Origin: an uncultured Bacteriovoracaceae bacterium
Lineage (GTDB): Bacteria; Bdellovibrionota; Bacteriovoracia; Bacteriovoracales; Bacteriovoracaceae
DNA length: 64,000 nucleotides
Assembly (NCBI GenBank): GCA_966211875.1
Contig: CBIHNP010000009.1
Location: forward strand, 29,233 to 93,232
Reading direction: 5' to 3'
Each line of letters begins with the position of its first letter. The first letter of the stretch is position 1. The notes beneath the pieces were generated by a model that was not told the DNA's origin, did not search any database, and saw nothing but the letters and a program-made list of their open reading frames with translations. Of this stretch, positions 29,799-39,280 are shown piece after piece. Made by a program: the position numbers and the translations under genes.

Positions 29799-30457
29799 TT
29801 GTCTTGAGCGAGTTTTATACTTAGATTTTTCGCGAGAGCGAGCATTTTAAGACGAATTTCTAAACGATGAAGATATTCTTTTTTATAGTGTTTCGTATTT
29901 GAATGATAACGGGCGTACCATTTTCTGTCTTTCTTGGAATAACGCCTTTTTATAACTTCTAAAATTTCTGCCATTTTCGTGATTGCATATTCTTGATCGA
30001 CCTTAACTCTCTCTTTGTCGATAAGTCCTAATTTCATTCTCGTGAATTCTTTATTCCAAACCTCAACATTAATTTGTGCAATGGAAACGTCACCGGTCGA
30101 CGAAATTTTATCTGATTGAAAATTACTTTCAGTATCAATGATAGCAACTACAACTTGCGGTTCGATTTTATGTTTTTGCAAGGCCTTCGACATCTGAATC
30201 GCAACTTCATCGCGATCGTCACTATCCATTTCTGGTTGAACGATACTGATCATGTTTGCGATAACGAAAGCTTCATTAGGAAAAGGTTTACGATCGAAAT
30301 TTTCGAAGTTCGGCGGCAAGTTGCTTTTATGTTTCTTCGCAACTTTTTTGACTTCTTTTTTAGGAGCAGAACGAAGACTCGAACAGCTCTGTACAAAAAG
30401 AATCGACAACAAAACGATGAGCACTCTAAAGAGAGTTCTTATTGTGGTTTTATCCAT
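29795..30457 (-). CDS. lytic transglycosylase (SLT domain) lipoprotein
   Basis: Catalytic-type segment AIIDTESNFQ ... GDVSIAQIN. Lipobox VQSC. The track start at 30490 is TTG, so ATG 30457 is preferred. Confidence 0.65.
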   Translation of the reverse strand: MDKTTIRTLFRVLIVLLSILFVQSCSSLRSAPKKEVKKVAKKHKSNLPPNFENFDRKPFPNEAFVIANMISIVQPEMDSDDRDEVAIQMSKALQKHKIEPQVVVAIIDTESNFQSDKISSTGDVSIAQINVEVWNKEFTRMKLGLIDKERVKVDQEYAITKMAEILEVIKRRYSKKDRKWYARYHSNTKHYKKEYLHRLEIRLKMLALAKNLSIKLAQDN

Positions 30458-30758
30458 GGAAGGATTATAGCCCAGGAAAAGACCTTGCAATCAGAACAGG
30501 TTATTTTTACAGTGTAAACAAAGAGAATAGATTCTAAACCCTTGAAGTTAATTGCTAACTTAAGGATTTTTGATTGGGAAAAAGTATTTTCATTTACTAA
30601 TAGAAAACCAAAAAACTTGGCCCCATTTTTTGCCAGCACTTCGTGAAGTTGATAAAAAAAGAGGGGTGAGTAATTCACCTTACTTAGAAGTTCTATTTTA
30701 AGTGCGCCACAGTTCTTCGTCACCGACATAAGGATGTGCTGACCATAAGAAGAGGCAT

Positions 30759-31315
30759 TCAGAGATATTCCTTCTTAAATTTCTTTGCGAGGTTTTTGTG
30801 TTCTCCAGAGATCATAAAAATTCCATCGCCAGTGTAGTGAAACGTTTTTGGATATTTGGGTGATGAAGGAGCATGTGCTTTCACTACTTCAAAGATAAAA
30901 AAATTATATTTTTGAACGAGCTTAGATTCGACAAGTTTGCATTCGAGATTTGCAAAACATTCTTTAATGAGCGGAGTTTTGACCTTCGACGCTTTTTCTT
31001 TGGTTAAATGGAACTCTTCAAATTTATCAATCTCACTTCCAGTCGTATTGCCGATGCCGACAGCTTCTTCGATAAGATCAATTGTAGGAATATTAATTAC
31101 GCATTCTTTGCTTTTTTTGATCAACTCAAAACTATAGTTAGAAGAAGTGATCATACAACCGACGAGTGAAGGTGCGAATTCGAGAACTGTATGCCACCCC
31201 ATAGTCATGATATCTGTTTGATCTTTATAATGGGAACGACAAGAACGATAGGGCCAGGTTCGAGAAAGCGTCTGACTTTAGAAACGGGAAAATCTTTTTT
31301 TTGATAGTATCTCAT
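30759..31315 (-). pseudogene. flavin reductase-family gene split by a frameshift
   Basis: ORF 30759..31208 begins inside the conserved IMTMGWHT block. The missing N-terminus MRYYQKKDFPVSKVRRFLEPGPIVLVV is encoded from 31315 in another frame and stops at 31205. The frames switch near 31232-31237. Confidence 0.7.
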
Positions 31316-31369
31316 TGCATTCTCCTTTGAATAGAGAATGCAATTTGACACCCATATTAGAAAATTAAA

Positions 31370-31756
31370 TTAGTATTTTAATCCACATCTCTTAGCAGCG
31401 TTTACTGCATCGATATGTCCGAACATTTCCGGAATCGTAAGCATTGCCTCAACATCTGAGCGAGTAAGATTGCAGTAGATGCTGCTGTTGTATGCTTGAA
31501 GCGAATCAGCTACGCATTGGTATTGTGTTTCTTCGTTTTGTTTTTCGTTACATCTTTTTTCTGCTTCGATAGCGTCGATGTGTCCCATCATTTCCGGGAT
31601 TGTAATCATTGCATCGATATCTGTTGATGAAAGATTGTAGTAGATGCTGCTGTTATAAGCTTGAAGAGAGTCAGCAATACACTGATAGTTGCGATCAGCG
31701 GCCATTGCCTGTGAACCAATAACTAGAAAAAGTGCAGAGACTAAAAGTGCTTTCAT
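31370..31756 (-). CDS. secreted protein made of two ~46-aa Cys-bounded repeats
   Basis: GGAG SD before ATG 31756 and signal peptide MKALLVSALFLVIGSQAMA. Units YQC[IV]ADSLQAYNSSIY...KRC occur twice, with 34 of 46 positions identical by hand count. Confidence 0.6.
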   Translation of the reverse strand: MKALLVSALFLVIGSQAMAADRNYQCIADSLQAYNSSIYYNLSSTDIDAMITIPEMMGHIDAIEAEKRCNEKQNEETQYQCVADSLQAYNSSIYCNLTRSDVEAMLTIPEMFGHIDAVNAAKRCGLKY

Positions 31757-31835
31757 ATTTTTTCTCCAATAAAAATTTGAGTTCTTATGGAGGGGTTCTA
31801 ACATTGTTCTCTAAAAAATCCTTGTCAGGATTTTG

Positions 31836-32927
31836 TTATTTAAAATTTTTACAGAGTTTTTCCAAGAGTTCCTGGGCTTCGGCCGCCAGTTTTAAAGTAA
31901 TATTTGTTGATGAGTCTTCATGGCAAAGAGCGGCCGCTTGACCTGACCACAACGACATAAAGTCTCCGGAACCTTGAGGCTCTGTCTTTTGCTTAAGAGG
32001 GGCGAGAGCAGCTCCTGCAAGCGGGAAATCGGGAGCGAGCTCGCTTATCGGTCCTACTTCCTTTGTCATTCGATTAGATATTCCTCGAGCAGGACGGCCA
32101 CTGAAAACATTTGTAAGAACTGTTTCGTTATCTTTTACTTTTTTAAGAGCAGCACGATGAACAGCAGAGATCGTTGCTTCAGAAGAATAGAGATAAGCCG
32201 TTCCTAATTGGACAGCAGAAGCTCCGAGTGCGAGAGCGGCGACAACTCCGCGAGCATCACAGATACCTCCGCTTGCGATTACTGGAACCTTTACAGCATC
32301 GACCATTTGAGGAACGAGGGCCATCGTTCCCACTTGAGTTGTAATATCATTCGAAAGAAAAATTCCACGATGGCCTCCTGCTTCGAACCCCTGAGCGATG
32401 ATGGCATCGCAACCATGTTCTTCGAGGAAGCGCGCTTCATCGACAGTTGTTGCAGAGGCAATCACTTTGATTTTTGCCTGCTTTAATTTTTCCATCAAAC
32501 TTTTTTCCGGCAATCCAAAATGAAAACTTACGACTTCAGGTTTTACTTCTAAAACAACATCGCAAACTTCCTGGTCGAAAGGTCGTCTGTTTGCACTCGG
32601 AGCTGTGGCGTTGAGATCGATTCCAAATTCCATATAGTATTTTTCCAATCGCTTTTTCCATTGCATTTCTTTTTCAGGATTAGCTTTAGGATTTTGATGA
32701 CAGAAGAAATTGAGGCTGATGGGATTTTTTATTTGTGCGCGAATTTTTGCAACTTCAGTTTTAATTTGTTCTGTTGATAACATTGCACAGGGAAGAGAGC
32801 CGAGTCCGCCGGCCTTAGAAACGGCGATGACCATATCTGCTCCGTTGGCGCCTGCCATAGGTGCTTGAATGATAGGGAGTTCAATTCCAAAAAGTTTTAC
32901 GATTGCGTTTTCTTTCCAATGATTCAT
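31836..32927 (-). CDS. NAD(P)H-dependent flavin oxidoreductase (nitronate monooxygenase / FabK-like)
   Basis: PIIQAPMAG..G N-terminal motif and TIM-barrel FMN family length (363 aa). Confidence 0.85.
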   Translation of the reverse strand: MNHWKENAIVKLFGIELPIIQAPMAGANGADMVIAVSKAGGLGSLPCAMLSTEQIKTEVAKIRAQIKNPISLNFFCHQNPKANPEKEMQWKKRLEKYYMEFGIDLNATAPSANRRPFDQEVCDVVLEVKPEVVSFHFGLPEKSLMEKLKQAKIKVIASATTVDEARFLEEHGCDAIIAQGFEAGGHRGIFLSNDITTQVGTMALVPQMVDAVKVPVIASGGICDARGVVAALALGASAVQLGTAYLYSSEATISAVHRAALKKVKDNETVLTNVFSGRPARGISNRMTKEVGPISELAPDFPLAGAALAPLKQKTEPQGSGDFMSLWSGQAAALCHEDSSTNITLKLAAEAQELLEKLCKNFK

Positions 32928-32992
32928 GCTTGCCTCAATGAACGTTCAATGTCTCATTGATCTTAAAACAATTCTTTAAATCAAGCAAAACG

Positions 32993-33304
32993 CTACTTGG
33001 CTTTTACTTCAACTCCGCTCGCATCTTCGGATGTGCCAGCTCCCTTAGAATAAATGACATTTTCTTTTGTGTAGTATGAACATGCTTTTTTACGAGCATG
33101 TTTTACACACCAGTTTGAAAGCTGGTCTCCGCAAAGAGATTTTCCGGGAGCGATTTCAGCACAGTTTGAATCGTTGCTTGATTGTACATTGCTGACTTCA
33201 TCATTCAACGTATTGCCTGTGAGATGGTTTGAAGTTGGTGTCGTTACATTTGTTTGTGCGTGAACATTGAGCGTGAAGAGAAATGGTAAAATAAAATATT
33301 TCAT
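32993..33304 (-). CDS. hypothetical small secreted protein
   Basis: 103 aa with signal peptide MKYFILPFLFTLNVHA and 4 Cys. Confidence 0.5.
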   Translation of the reverse strand: MKYFILPFLFTLNVHAQTNVTTPTSNHLTGNTLNDEVSNVQSSNDSNCAEIAPGKSLCGDQLSNWCVKHARKKACSYYTKENVIYSKGAGTSEDASGVEVKAK

Positions 33305-33506
33305 AATGTCTCCTTATCTAGAGAAGCTCTTATTCTCAAATCATATTTGAAGAAAGCGAGTGATGACAAATTTTAAAAATAGTGATGAGTAGTGATGCAG
33401 TAAAGAAATGGTGCATTTCCTGTGAAAAATTATGCCTAGATGAAATTGCACTCTGGTTAAATTAGGACGAAATTTTAATAAAGGGTTTATTAACAAGGAG
33501 GATTCT

Positions 33507-33740
33507 ATGTTAAACAGATATATTATCGAAAGAAAAATCCCTGGCGTTGGTGAAAGTTCAGAGGAAGATTATTCAAAACTAGCAGGAAAATCGAATGAAG
33601 CCCGGCGGACACAGTATCAAAAGTTGTTCACGTTTGTGATCCAACAACTGCAAGTGAATTCGATGTTTCAAAAGCTTCTGCTCAAAAATCATCAGCAGCA
33701 CAGGAAAAATCGATGCACTCTTAAAGTGAAATCCGACTAA
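33507..33740 (+). pseudogene. decayed DUF4242-family gene (internal deletion plus frame change)
   Basis: The first ~32 aa (MLNRYIIERKIPGVGESSEEDYSKLAGKSNEA) match the DUF4242 N-terminus. A C-terminal-like segment PADTVSKVVHVCDPTTASE is readable only in another frame directly after it. The middle of the family is absent. Confidence 0.45.
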
Positions 33741-33795
33741 AATAGGAGGGGAAAGATTGTTAAAGTCAATCCTCTTCTTTTCCGATAATTAGAGT

Positions 33796-34233
33796 ATGAA
33801 AATGTTTTTTATTTCATTTCTTTTGTTAAACCTTTTTGTCGTTCAGATTGCTGAAGCAAAATTGGAAGGAGATTACGATCTTCTTTCTGGATCTCCAGAA
33901 GATTGTCCATCAGGTGTTTTGCAAACAAAAGTGACAGATAAAAAAACGGGCGAAAGGGTTCTTCTTTTCGGTAGTCGACATACATGGACGATGGATGCCA
34001 AGGATAAATCTGAAGTGAAAGAGGACGTAGAAGGTGGATGTCACTACATCTCCTCATATGAAAAGAGTGATAAAAAATTTACGAGCAAGACAACGAGGTC
34101 TCACTGTCCTTCAGAAAAAGAAAATGGAGTGATTGATGAAGAACTTTCTTTAGCTGAAGGAAAACTTGCTTATACTTTTTCTTCGAATACAAAAAAATTC
34201 AAATGTATCTATAGTCAGGTTCTTTCCAAATGA
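33796..34233 (+). CDS. hypothetical secreted protein
   Basis: 145 aa with signal peptide MKMFFISFLLLNLFVVQIAEA. Its stop overlaps the next start by 4 nt. Confidence 0.55.
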   Translation: MKMFFISFLLLNLFVVQIAEAKLEGDYDLLSGSPEDCPSGVLQTKVTDKKTGERVLLFGSRHTWTMDAKDKSEVKEDVEGGCHYISSYEKSDKKFTSKTTRSHCPSEKENGVIDEELSLAEGKLAYTFSSNTKKFKCIYSQVLSK

Positions 34234-34997
34234 AAATGATCATCACTTTCTTCTTTATGATTTTATCATTTCATTCATTCGCTAATGAATTGAGTGATGA
34301 TGAGCATGCGCTTATTTCAATGAAAAGTTCGATGAATGATTTTAATGATCTTAAAACAAGGGGAGTTCCATTTGCTTCTGGATGCGACAATTATTTACCG
34401 GTAACTCCAAAATATTATCCGCCTCTAGACCCGGTCTTTTTGGATGGTGGAACTCAATGCCACAAGTTTATTTCAACATCAGATGAAGGACATGGAACTT
34501 ACGGTCCCTGGGGCCAGGTCGTGGTTTCTTATCTTCGAGAGAAGGGGCAGGGGGCAGAATTTTTAAAAGATGATATCGCAAAGATTGATAAGATCTGCCC
34601 GAGTTGGAAAAAACTCACGCGTAAACAAAGGGAGTTCGCTTGGGTATGGACAATTGCTTCGATTGCAAAAGTAGAATCAACTTGCAATCCAAAAGCGAGA
34701 AATGGAAACGCAACCAATGGTGCAGCAGTCGGACTTCTTCAATTAGAAGAAAAAAAAGCGGCGAGAAGCTGGAGAGGCGATGCCTGTAAAATGCCTTCAG
34801 TCCTGCTTCCGGAAAATAATATTAAATGCGGAATGGATATCATGGAGGAAATTCTAAAAGGAAAAGAAGGAGACTATAAATCCAGCGGCGCGATCTATGG
34901 AAAAGATTCACATTCTTACTGGCAACATCTTCGTAAAAGTGATGGTGGTGGTATTATCGATCTGATGAGTTTAAATCCTCTCTGTCATAAAAAATAA
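34230..34997 (+). CDS. secreted SLT-like transglycosylase-domain protein
   Basis: Signal peptide. IAKVESTCNP ... AVGLLQLEE resembles the E-S ... GLMQ core of SLT domains. Confidence 0.5.
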   Translation: MKMIITFFFMILSFHSFANELSDDEHALISMKSSMNDFNDLKTRGVPFASGCDNYLPVTPKYYPPLDPVFLDGGTQCHKFISTSDEGHGTYGPWGQVVVSYLREKGQGAEFLKDDIAKIDKICPSWKKLTRKQREFAWVWTIASIAKVESTCNPKARNGNATNGAAVGLLQLEEKKAARSWRGDACKMPSVLLPENNIKCGMDIMEEILKGKEGDYKSSGAIYGKDSHSYWQHLRKSDGGGIIDLMSLNPLCHKK

Positions 34998-35005
34998 TCG
35001 CAACT

Positions 35006-35677
35006 TCAAACAAAACTTTCCTGTTGATTGTCGTGATTATATTCATCGAGATTTCTCAAAAGCCAATCAGTGGCCAATTTCACAACTTCTGCGAGCGTTC
35101 CAGGTTCTTCAAATAAATGAGTTGCACCGGGAACAAGAGCGAGTTTGGCATCCGATAATTCGTTAAGGGCAAGTTCATTTAAACGAATCACTTCAGTATC
35201 ATGATTTCCGACGATCAAAAGAGTGGGAACAAAAACTTTGTTGAGAAATTCTGCTCCAGCAAGATCGGGCCTTCCACCTCTGCTTATTACGGCAAACATC
35301 GGAACAGTATCACTATTTTTTGCAGCCGCCATAAGGGCAGCGCCTGCACCTGTGCTTGCTCCGAAATACGCTATCGGTTCTTTTTGATAATATTTACTTT
35401 TCATCAACCAGCTTGTGGCTTCCATAAGACGTTTAGCGAGCAGATTAATATCGAAACGATTTCTATAAATTTCGTCTTCTTTCTGTGTGAGAAGATCGAA
35501 AAGCATGACTCCAAAACCTTTACTCACGAGTTCGTTGGCGACCCATTGATTGCGCGAACTCAAACGTGAGCTGCCGCTTCCATGAGCGAAGATGACCCAT
35601 GCTTTAGGCGTACCTGCGCTTCTTAAAATTGCGAGAAATTCGTTGTCATCATATTTCATTTTTACTTCTTCATTCAT
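35006..35677 (-). CDS. dienelactone-hydrolase-like alpha/beta hydrolase
   Basis: WVIFAHGSGSSR, nucleophile region FGASTGAG, and HLFEEPG near the C-terminus. Start moved to ATG 35677 to remove the overlap with the upstream gene. Confidence 0.7.
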   Translation of the reverse strand: MNEEVKMKYDDNEFLAILRSAGTPKAWVIFAHGSGSSRLSSRNQWVANELVSKGFGVMLFDLLTQKEDEIYRNRFDINLLAKRLMEATSWLMKSKYYQKEPIAYFGASTGAGAALMAAAKNSDTVPMFAVISRGGRPDLAGAEFLNKVFVPTLLIVGNHDTEVIRLNELALNELSDAKLALVPGATHLFEEPGTLAEVVKLATDWLLRNLDEYNHDNQQESFV

Positions 35678-35744
35678 AGCTTTTTCCTTTTTATAGTTTT
35701 TTAAAGCTAAAAATGAATTTGCGAAAAACGTGCCGAGATTAATT

Positions 35745-36077
35745 TTAGTGAAGAAGTACTTGAACCCAAGAAGCGCTATATGGTTCGCCGTTATCAATTT
35801 GATAGCAAGAAGGTTTACTTAAAAGTGTTCCTACTGCTTTATTGTTAAGATAAAGCTCCTGACCAACTACAGTAAAGGAAGCATCTTCGCTATCCACACG
35901 ACATTCACCACCATTCGCATAAGCCTGATTGACAAATGCACCTTGTGAGTAATCCGGGGTCTCTCCATTACATGGAACTACGATTTCTGTATAAACTTTT
36001 GCTGAAGCCGTGAAAGGGCATGCGTGAGCAAATGAAGTTGATGCGATCATTGAAAGAGTAATCAATGCTAATTTCAT
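35745..36077 (-). CDS. hypothetical small secreted protein
   Basis: AAGGAG SD before ATG 36077 and signal peptide MKLALITLSMIASTSFAHA. Confidence 0.55.
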   Translation of the reverse strand: MKLALITLSMIASTSFAHACPFTASAKVYTEIVVPCNGETPDYSQGAFVNQAYANGGECRVDSEDASFTVVGQELYLNNKAVGTLLSKPSCYQIDNGEPYSASWVQVLLH

Positions 36078-36187
36078 AATGAAATCTCCTTGAATTTGTG
36101 ACAACGGCGTTTGTAGCACAAATGCAGAGAAAACTTTGTCAGGTTTTTGTTGGTAATTATTTCTTAATAAAAAAGTGGTTTGTTTAT

Positions 36188-36832
36188 TTAGAATGAGCCG
36201 GTTCGAATTTCACCATCACGCTTGTAATGCATAAGCGACATTCCCGTCTCTGAAATCACTGAACGAATCAGTTTAAATGATCTCGGTTTACTATTCTCAT
36301 CAAAGAGTCGTTTGCCATGACCTAAAACAATCGGTGCAATGTAGAGATGTAATTCATCGACAAGATCGTGGACAAGCAGAGTGTGCGCGAGATTGGAACT
36401 TCCAACGACTAAAAGGGTTTTGCCATCTTCTTTTTTTAGCGCTTCTAATTTTTGAACAATATCTGTTCCGAGTGATTCAGAGTTTTTCCATTTCAAGGTT
36501 TCCGGTGAATGAGTCGCTACATATTTTATGCAAGCATTGAAGTCATTTGCAAAATCGATCTCCGATTGGTCGACAGCTTTTCCTTTGTTTTTTTCTGCGA
36601 CTTCCGGCCAGTAAGCGGCAAAGATGTCGTAAGTTTTTCTTCCTAATAAAAGATCGTAAGGTTGTCCGTAAGAAATTTTCAGAGCATCGTTTAAAGATTG
36701 ATCGCCGTAAGGAACAAGCCAGCCACCAAATTGAAATCCACCGGAAGTATCTTCGCCAGGAGCACCTGGTGCCTGAGTCACTCCATCCAAACTGATAAAT
36801 TCGACAACGACGATTTTTCTCATTTCATTCAC
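36188..36832 (-). CDS. dihydrofolate-reductase-like (RibD C-terminal domain) protein
   Basis: KIVVVEFISLDGV..APG...GGW N-terminus typical of the YwjB/RibD_C family. Confidence 0.8.
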   Translation of the reverse strand: MNEMRKIVVVEFISLDGVTQAPGAPGEDTSGGFQFGGWLVPYGDQSLNDALKISYGQPYDLLLGRKTYDIFAAYWPEVAEKNKGKAVDQSEIDFANDFNACIKYVATHSPETLKWKNSESLGTDIVQKLEALKKEDGKTLLVVGSSNLAHTLLVHDLVDELHLYIAPIVLGHGKRLFDENSKPRSFKLIRSVISETGMSLMHYKRDGEIRTGSF

Positions 36833-36966
36833 CTCGCGGAAACATTTTTATATGATGTACTCAAAAATTCAATTTCATTTGTGAAAAAGAATAAAATTAA
36901 ATGGATCGTATTGTTTTAAAACTTCAATACTCTCATTAAATTGGCTCCAATGCTTACGAGGAGGCA

Positions 36967-37650
36967 ATGATGAAAAAATTAGTATTAACAAGTTTGCTTT
37001 TAACGGTCTTATGTAGTTGTGGGAAATCTTCAAAATCTAGTGGAGACGAAGCGTCTTCGACGAATAAAGTTGATTCAATAAGTAATGAAGATGGTTTTGC
37101 ACTCCCAGATAAAAATTATCAGAGTTCTTTTACTATTGATTCAAGTATTTCTTCTTTCTATGAGGGGATTACGGTGAATCCTATGAAACATGGCAAAGTT
37201 CTTGGTGATGAAGCTTTTTATGTAGATGTAAACAGTGAGGTTTATCCGGATTACGAATATTTTAAGCTCGAATTTTATAATACTACAAAGGTCTTAACAG
37301 TTCGCTATTTGGATTTAAAAAATACTTCTCTTCCGCCGGAAAATATTACGTTTGAAAAACTTCCTTCTTTCAAATTAAAGGAAATTGCCAATTTTAAAGT
37401 CGATAATTTCTCCTGGGGAAAGCGTTTAATCGATAATCAAGAATACGACATGCTCAATAAAGCTTTCATGATTCAGACACAGGTAGTGGATAGAAAAGAA
37501 AATAAAGAATTTAACGCAACTTCAACTTATCTTGTCTGGTTTGAATGTAAGGGAAATATTTCAACCGTTAATGATTTTGCTTATGCTTGTGGAAAATTGA
37601 ATTTGAAATTTCATTACAAGCTTCTTGATTATAATCTTGCTAAAAACTGA
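36967..37650 (+). CDS. hypothetical lipoprotein
   Basis: GAGGAGG SD and lipobox LLTVLCSCG. Confidence 0.6.
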   Translation: MMKKLVLTSLLLTVLCSCGKSSKSSGDEASSTNKVDSISNEDGFALPDKNYQSSFTIDSSISSFYEGITVNPMKHGKVLGDEAFYVDVNSEVYPDYEYFKLEFYNTTKVLTVRYLDLKNTSLPPENITFEKLPSFKLKEIANFKVDNFSWGKRLIDNQEYDMLNKAFMIQTQVVDRKENKEFNATSTYLVWFECKGNISTVNDFAYACGKLNLKFHYKLLDYNLAKN

Positions 37651-37834
37651 TATTTAATTTTTTAAGGAGCTCGACCGAGGGCTCCTTTGATTCTTTTTTA
37701 AGTTCCACGATGGGATTTATCGACAAAATAATTACAAGAGCATTAAGAGTTCAAATGTCATTTTTTTTAAGATGAATTAAAAACGAGATTGGGACAGCAT
37801 TTTAGTTGCTGTAATTTTCATGGAGGAAATTATT

Positions 37835-38707
37835 ATGAAAAATAAAATGCTGTTTTCTGCTGCTGTTATTATGTCTCTTTCTCTTTCTAGTTCATTTGCT
37901 TGCGATATTCATGGAAATACAGGTTTCATGCCTAAAAACAATCGTTGGATTTCAAAAGAAGATAAAGAAACAAACGGTATGACACAAGAAAAGTTCAACG
38001 CCATTATTGAACGTGTTGAAGCTGTCTATAAGCCGATTGTTGCTGCTAAAGGTGGGAATTACGTTGTTGTAAGAAATTGGGATGACGGTACAGTAAACGC
38101 TTATGCAGATAGAAACGATGGTAACTGGAACGTTAACATGTTTGGTGGTCTTGCTCGTAGTCCTGAAGTGACTGACGATGGTTTCATGCTAGTTGTTTGC
38201 CATGAGACAGGTCACCATCTTGGTGGAGCTCCAAGATATAGTGGCAACTGGGCCGCAAACGAAGGTCAAGCAGATTATTTTGGAACGCTTAAATGTATGA
38301 GACGTGTTTTAGGAAATGATGACAACGTTTCAATTGTTTCTAAAATGAATATTGATCAAGAAGTAAAAGATAAATGTCAGCTTGTTTACAAATCAGACAG
38401 TGAAGTGGCCCTTTGTGAAAGAATTGCAATGGCCGGAAAAAGTTTAGCGCTTCTTCTTGCTGATCTTGGTGGATCAGGTTCAGTTGCTTTCACTACTCCA
38501 GATAAGTCTGTTGTAAAGAAAACATTTGATGCCCACCCACAAGCACAATGTCGTTTGGATACATATTTTCAAGGTGGATTATGTGATAAATCAGTTGATG
38601 AAGAAAACTCAGCAACTGATCCGAAGCCAGGAACATGTGTGAAGTCAGAAGGATTTACAGTCGGGACAAGACCTCTTTGTTGGTACAAGCCAGCTAAAGG
38701 CGAATAA
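37835..38707 (+). CDS. secreted HExxH zinc-metalloprotease-like protein
   Basis: GGAGG SD before ATG 37835, a signal peptide, the VVCHETGHHLGG zincin motif and multiple Cys. Confidence 0.6.
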   Translation: MKNKMLFSAAVIMSLSLSSSFACDIHGNTGFMPKNNRWISKEDKETNGMTQEKFNAIIERVEAVYKPIVAAKGGNYVVVRNWDDGTVNAYADRNDGNWNVNMFGGLARSPEVTDDGFMLVVCHETGHHLGGAPRYSGNWAANEGQADYFGTLKCMRRVLGNDDNVSIVSKMNIDQEVKDKCQLVYKSDSEVALCERIAMAGKSLALLLADLGGSGSVAFTTPDKSVVKKTFDAHPQAQCRLDTYFQGGLCDKSVDEENSATDPKPGTCVKSEGFTVGTRPLCWYKPAKGE

Positions 38708-38733
38708 GTTTTTTCCCGTTTCATAAACAGGAT

Positions 38734-38765
38734 AAAAAAAGGGAGTGCTTGCACTCCTTTTTTTA
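38734..38765 (+). terminator. rho-independent terminator
   Basis: A-run, then ggagtgc-tt-gcactcc hairpin, then a T8 run. This is the last signal before the AT-rich island begins. Confidence 0.7.
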
Positions 38766-38790
38766 TTTGTTTAAATCGCGTAGAGATTTA

Positions 38791-38837
38791 AATGGTCTTC
38801 TAGAGGAATTGAACCTCATTTTGATAACCGTAGATTC
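38791..38837. repeat. degenerate tRNA-Arg 3'-half-like remnant (candidate outer att site)
   Basis: aatggtcttctagaggaattgaacctcattttgataaccgtagattc versus the tRNA region aatggcgcactcgagaggattcgaacctctgacctaccgcttaga. The T-arm 17-mer matches at 14 of 17 positions. Confidence 0.5.
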
Positions 38838-38860
38838 GAAAAAATATATGAGGTTAAAAA

Positions 38861-39280
38861 ATGATTAATCGAGAGCATTCATCTTCTTTGGTTTTAATGC
38901 TTAGTGGATTAGCACTATTAACTTATTTCGTGGCAGACTTTAAAAAGAAAACTAGGGTTGGAAACTATGAGAAGAAGAGCAAAAAATCAATTGAGAAAAA
39001 ATTTCGATTTTCGCATGTAACATTTTATAATTGGAGTTCAAACGGTGGGAAGCTTGGTCTGTCAGTCAATTTAGGAATGTATGGGATTTTAAACTCAACT
39101 CGTACATTGAAAATCACTACAATTGAAAGCTTAAGTAATTTATTTGATACTGTAGAAGTTGATGAGCTACCAGATAGAAAATTTTATACTTTAAAAAAGT
39201 CTAAAATAAATTTTGGTTCAATTGAAATGGAAAATTTACTAAAAGAATTTGATTGTATTATGGTCAAAGAAGACGAATAG
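38861..39280 (+). CDS. hypothetical membrane-anchored protein
   Basis: 139 aa with a GAGG SD and one N-terminal TM (SSLVLMLSGLALLTYFVA). Confidence 0.5.
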   Translation: MINREHSSSLVLMLSGLALLTYFVADFKKKTRVGNYEKKSKKSIEKKFRFSHVTFYNWSSNGGKLGLSVNLGMYGILNSTRTLKITTIESLSNLFDTVEVDELPDRKFYTLKKSKINFGSIEMENLLKEFDCIMVKEDE

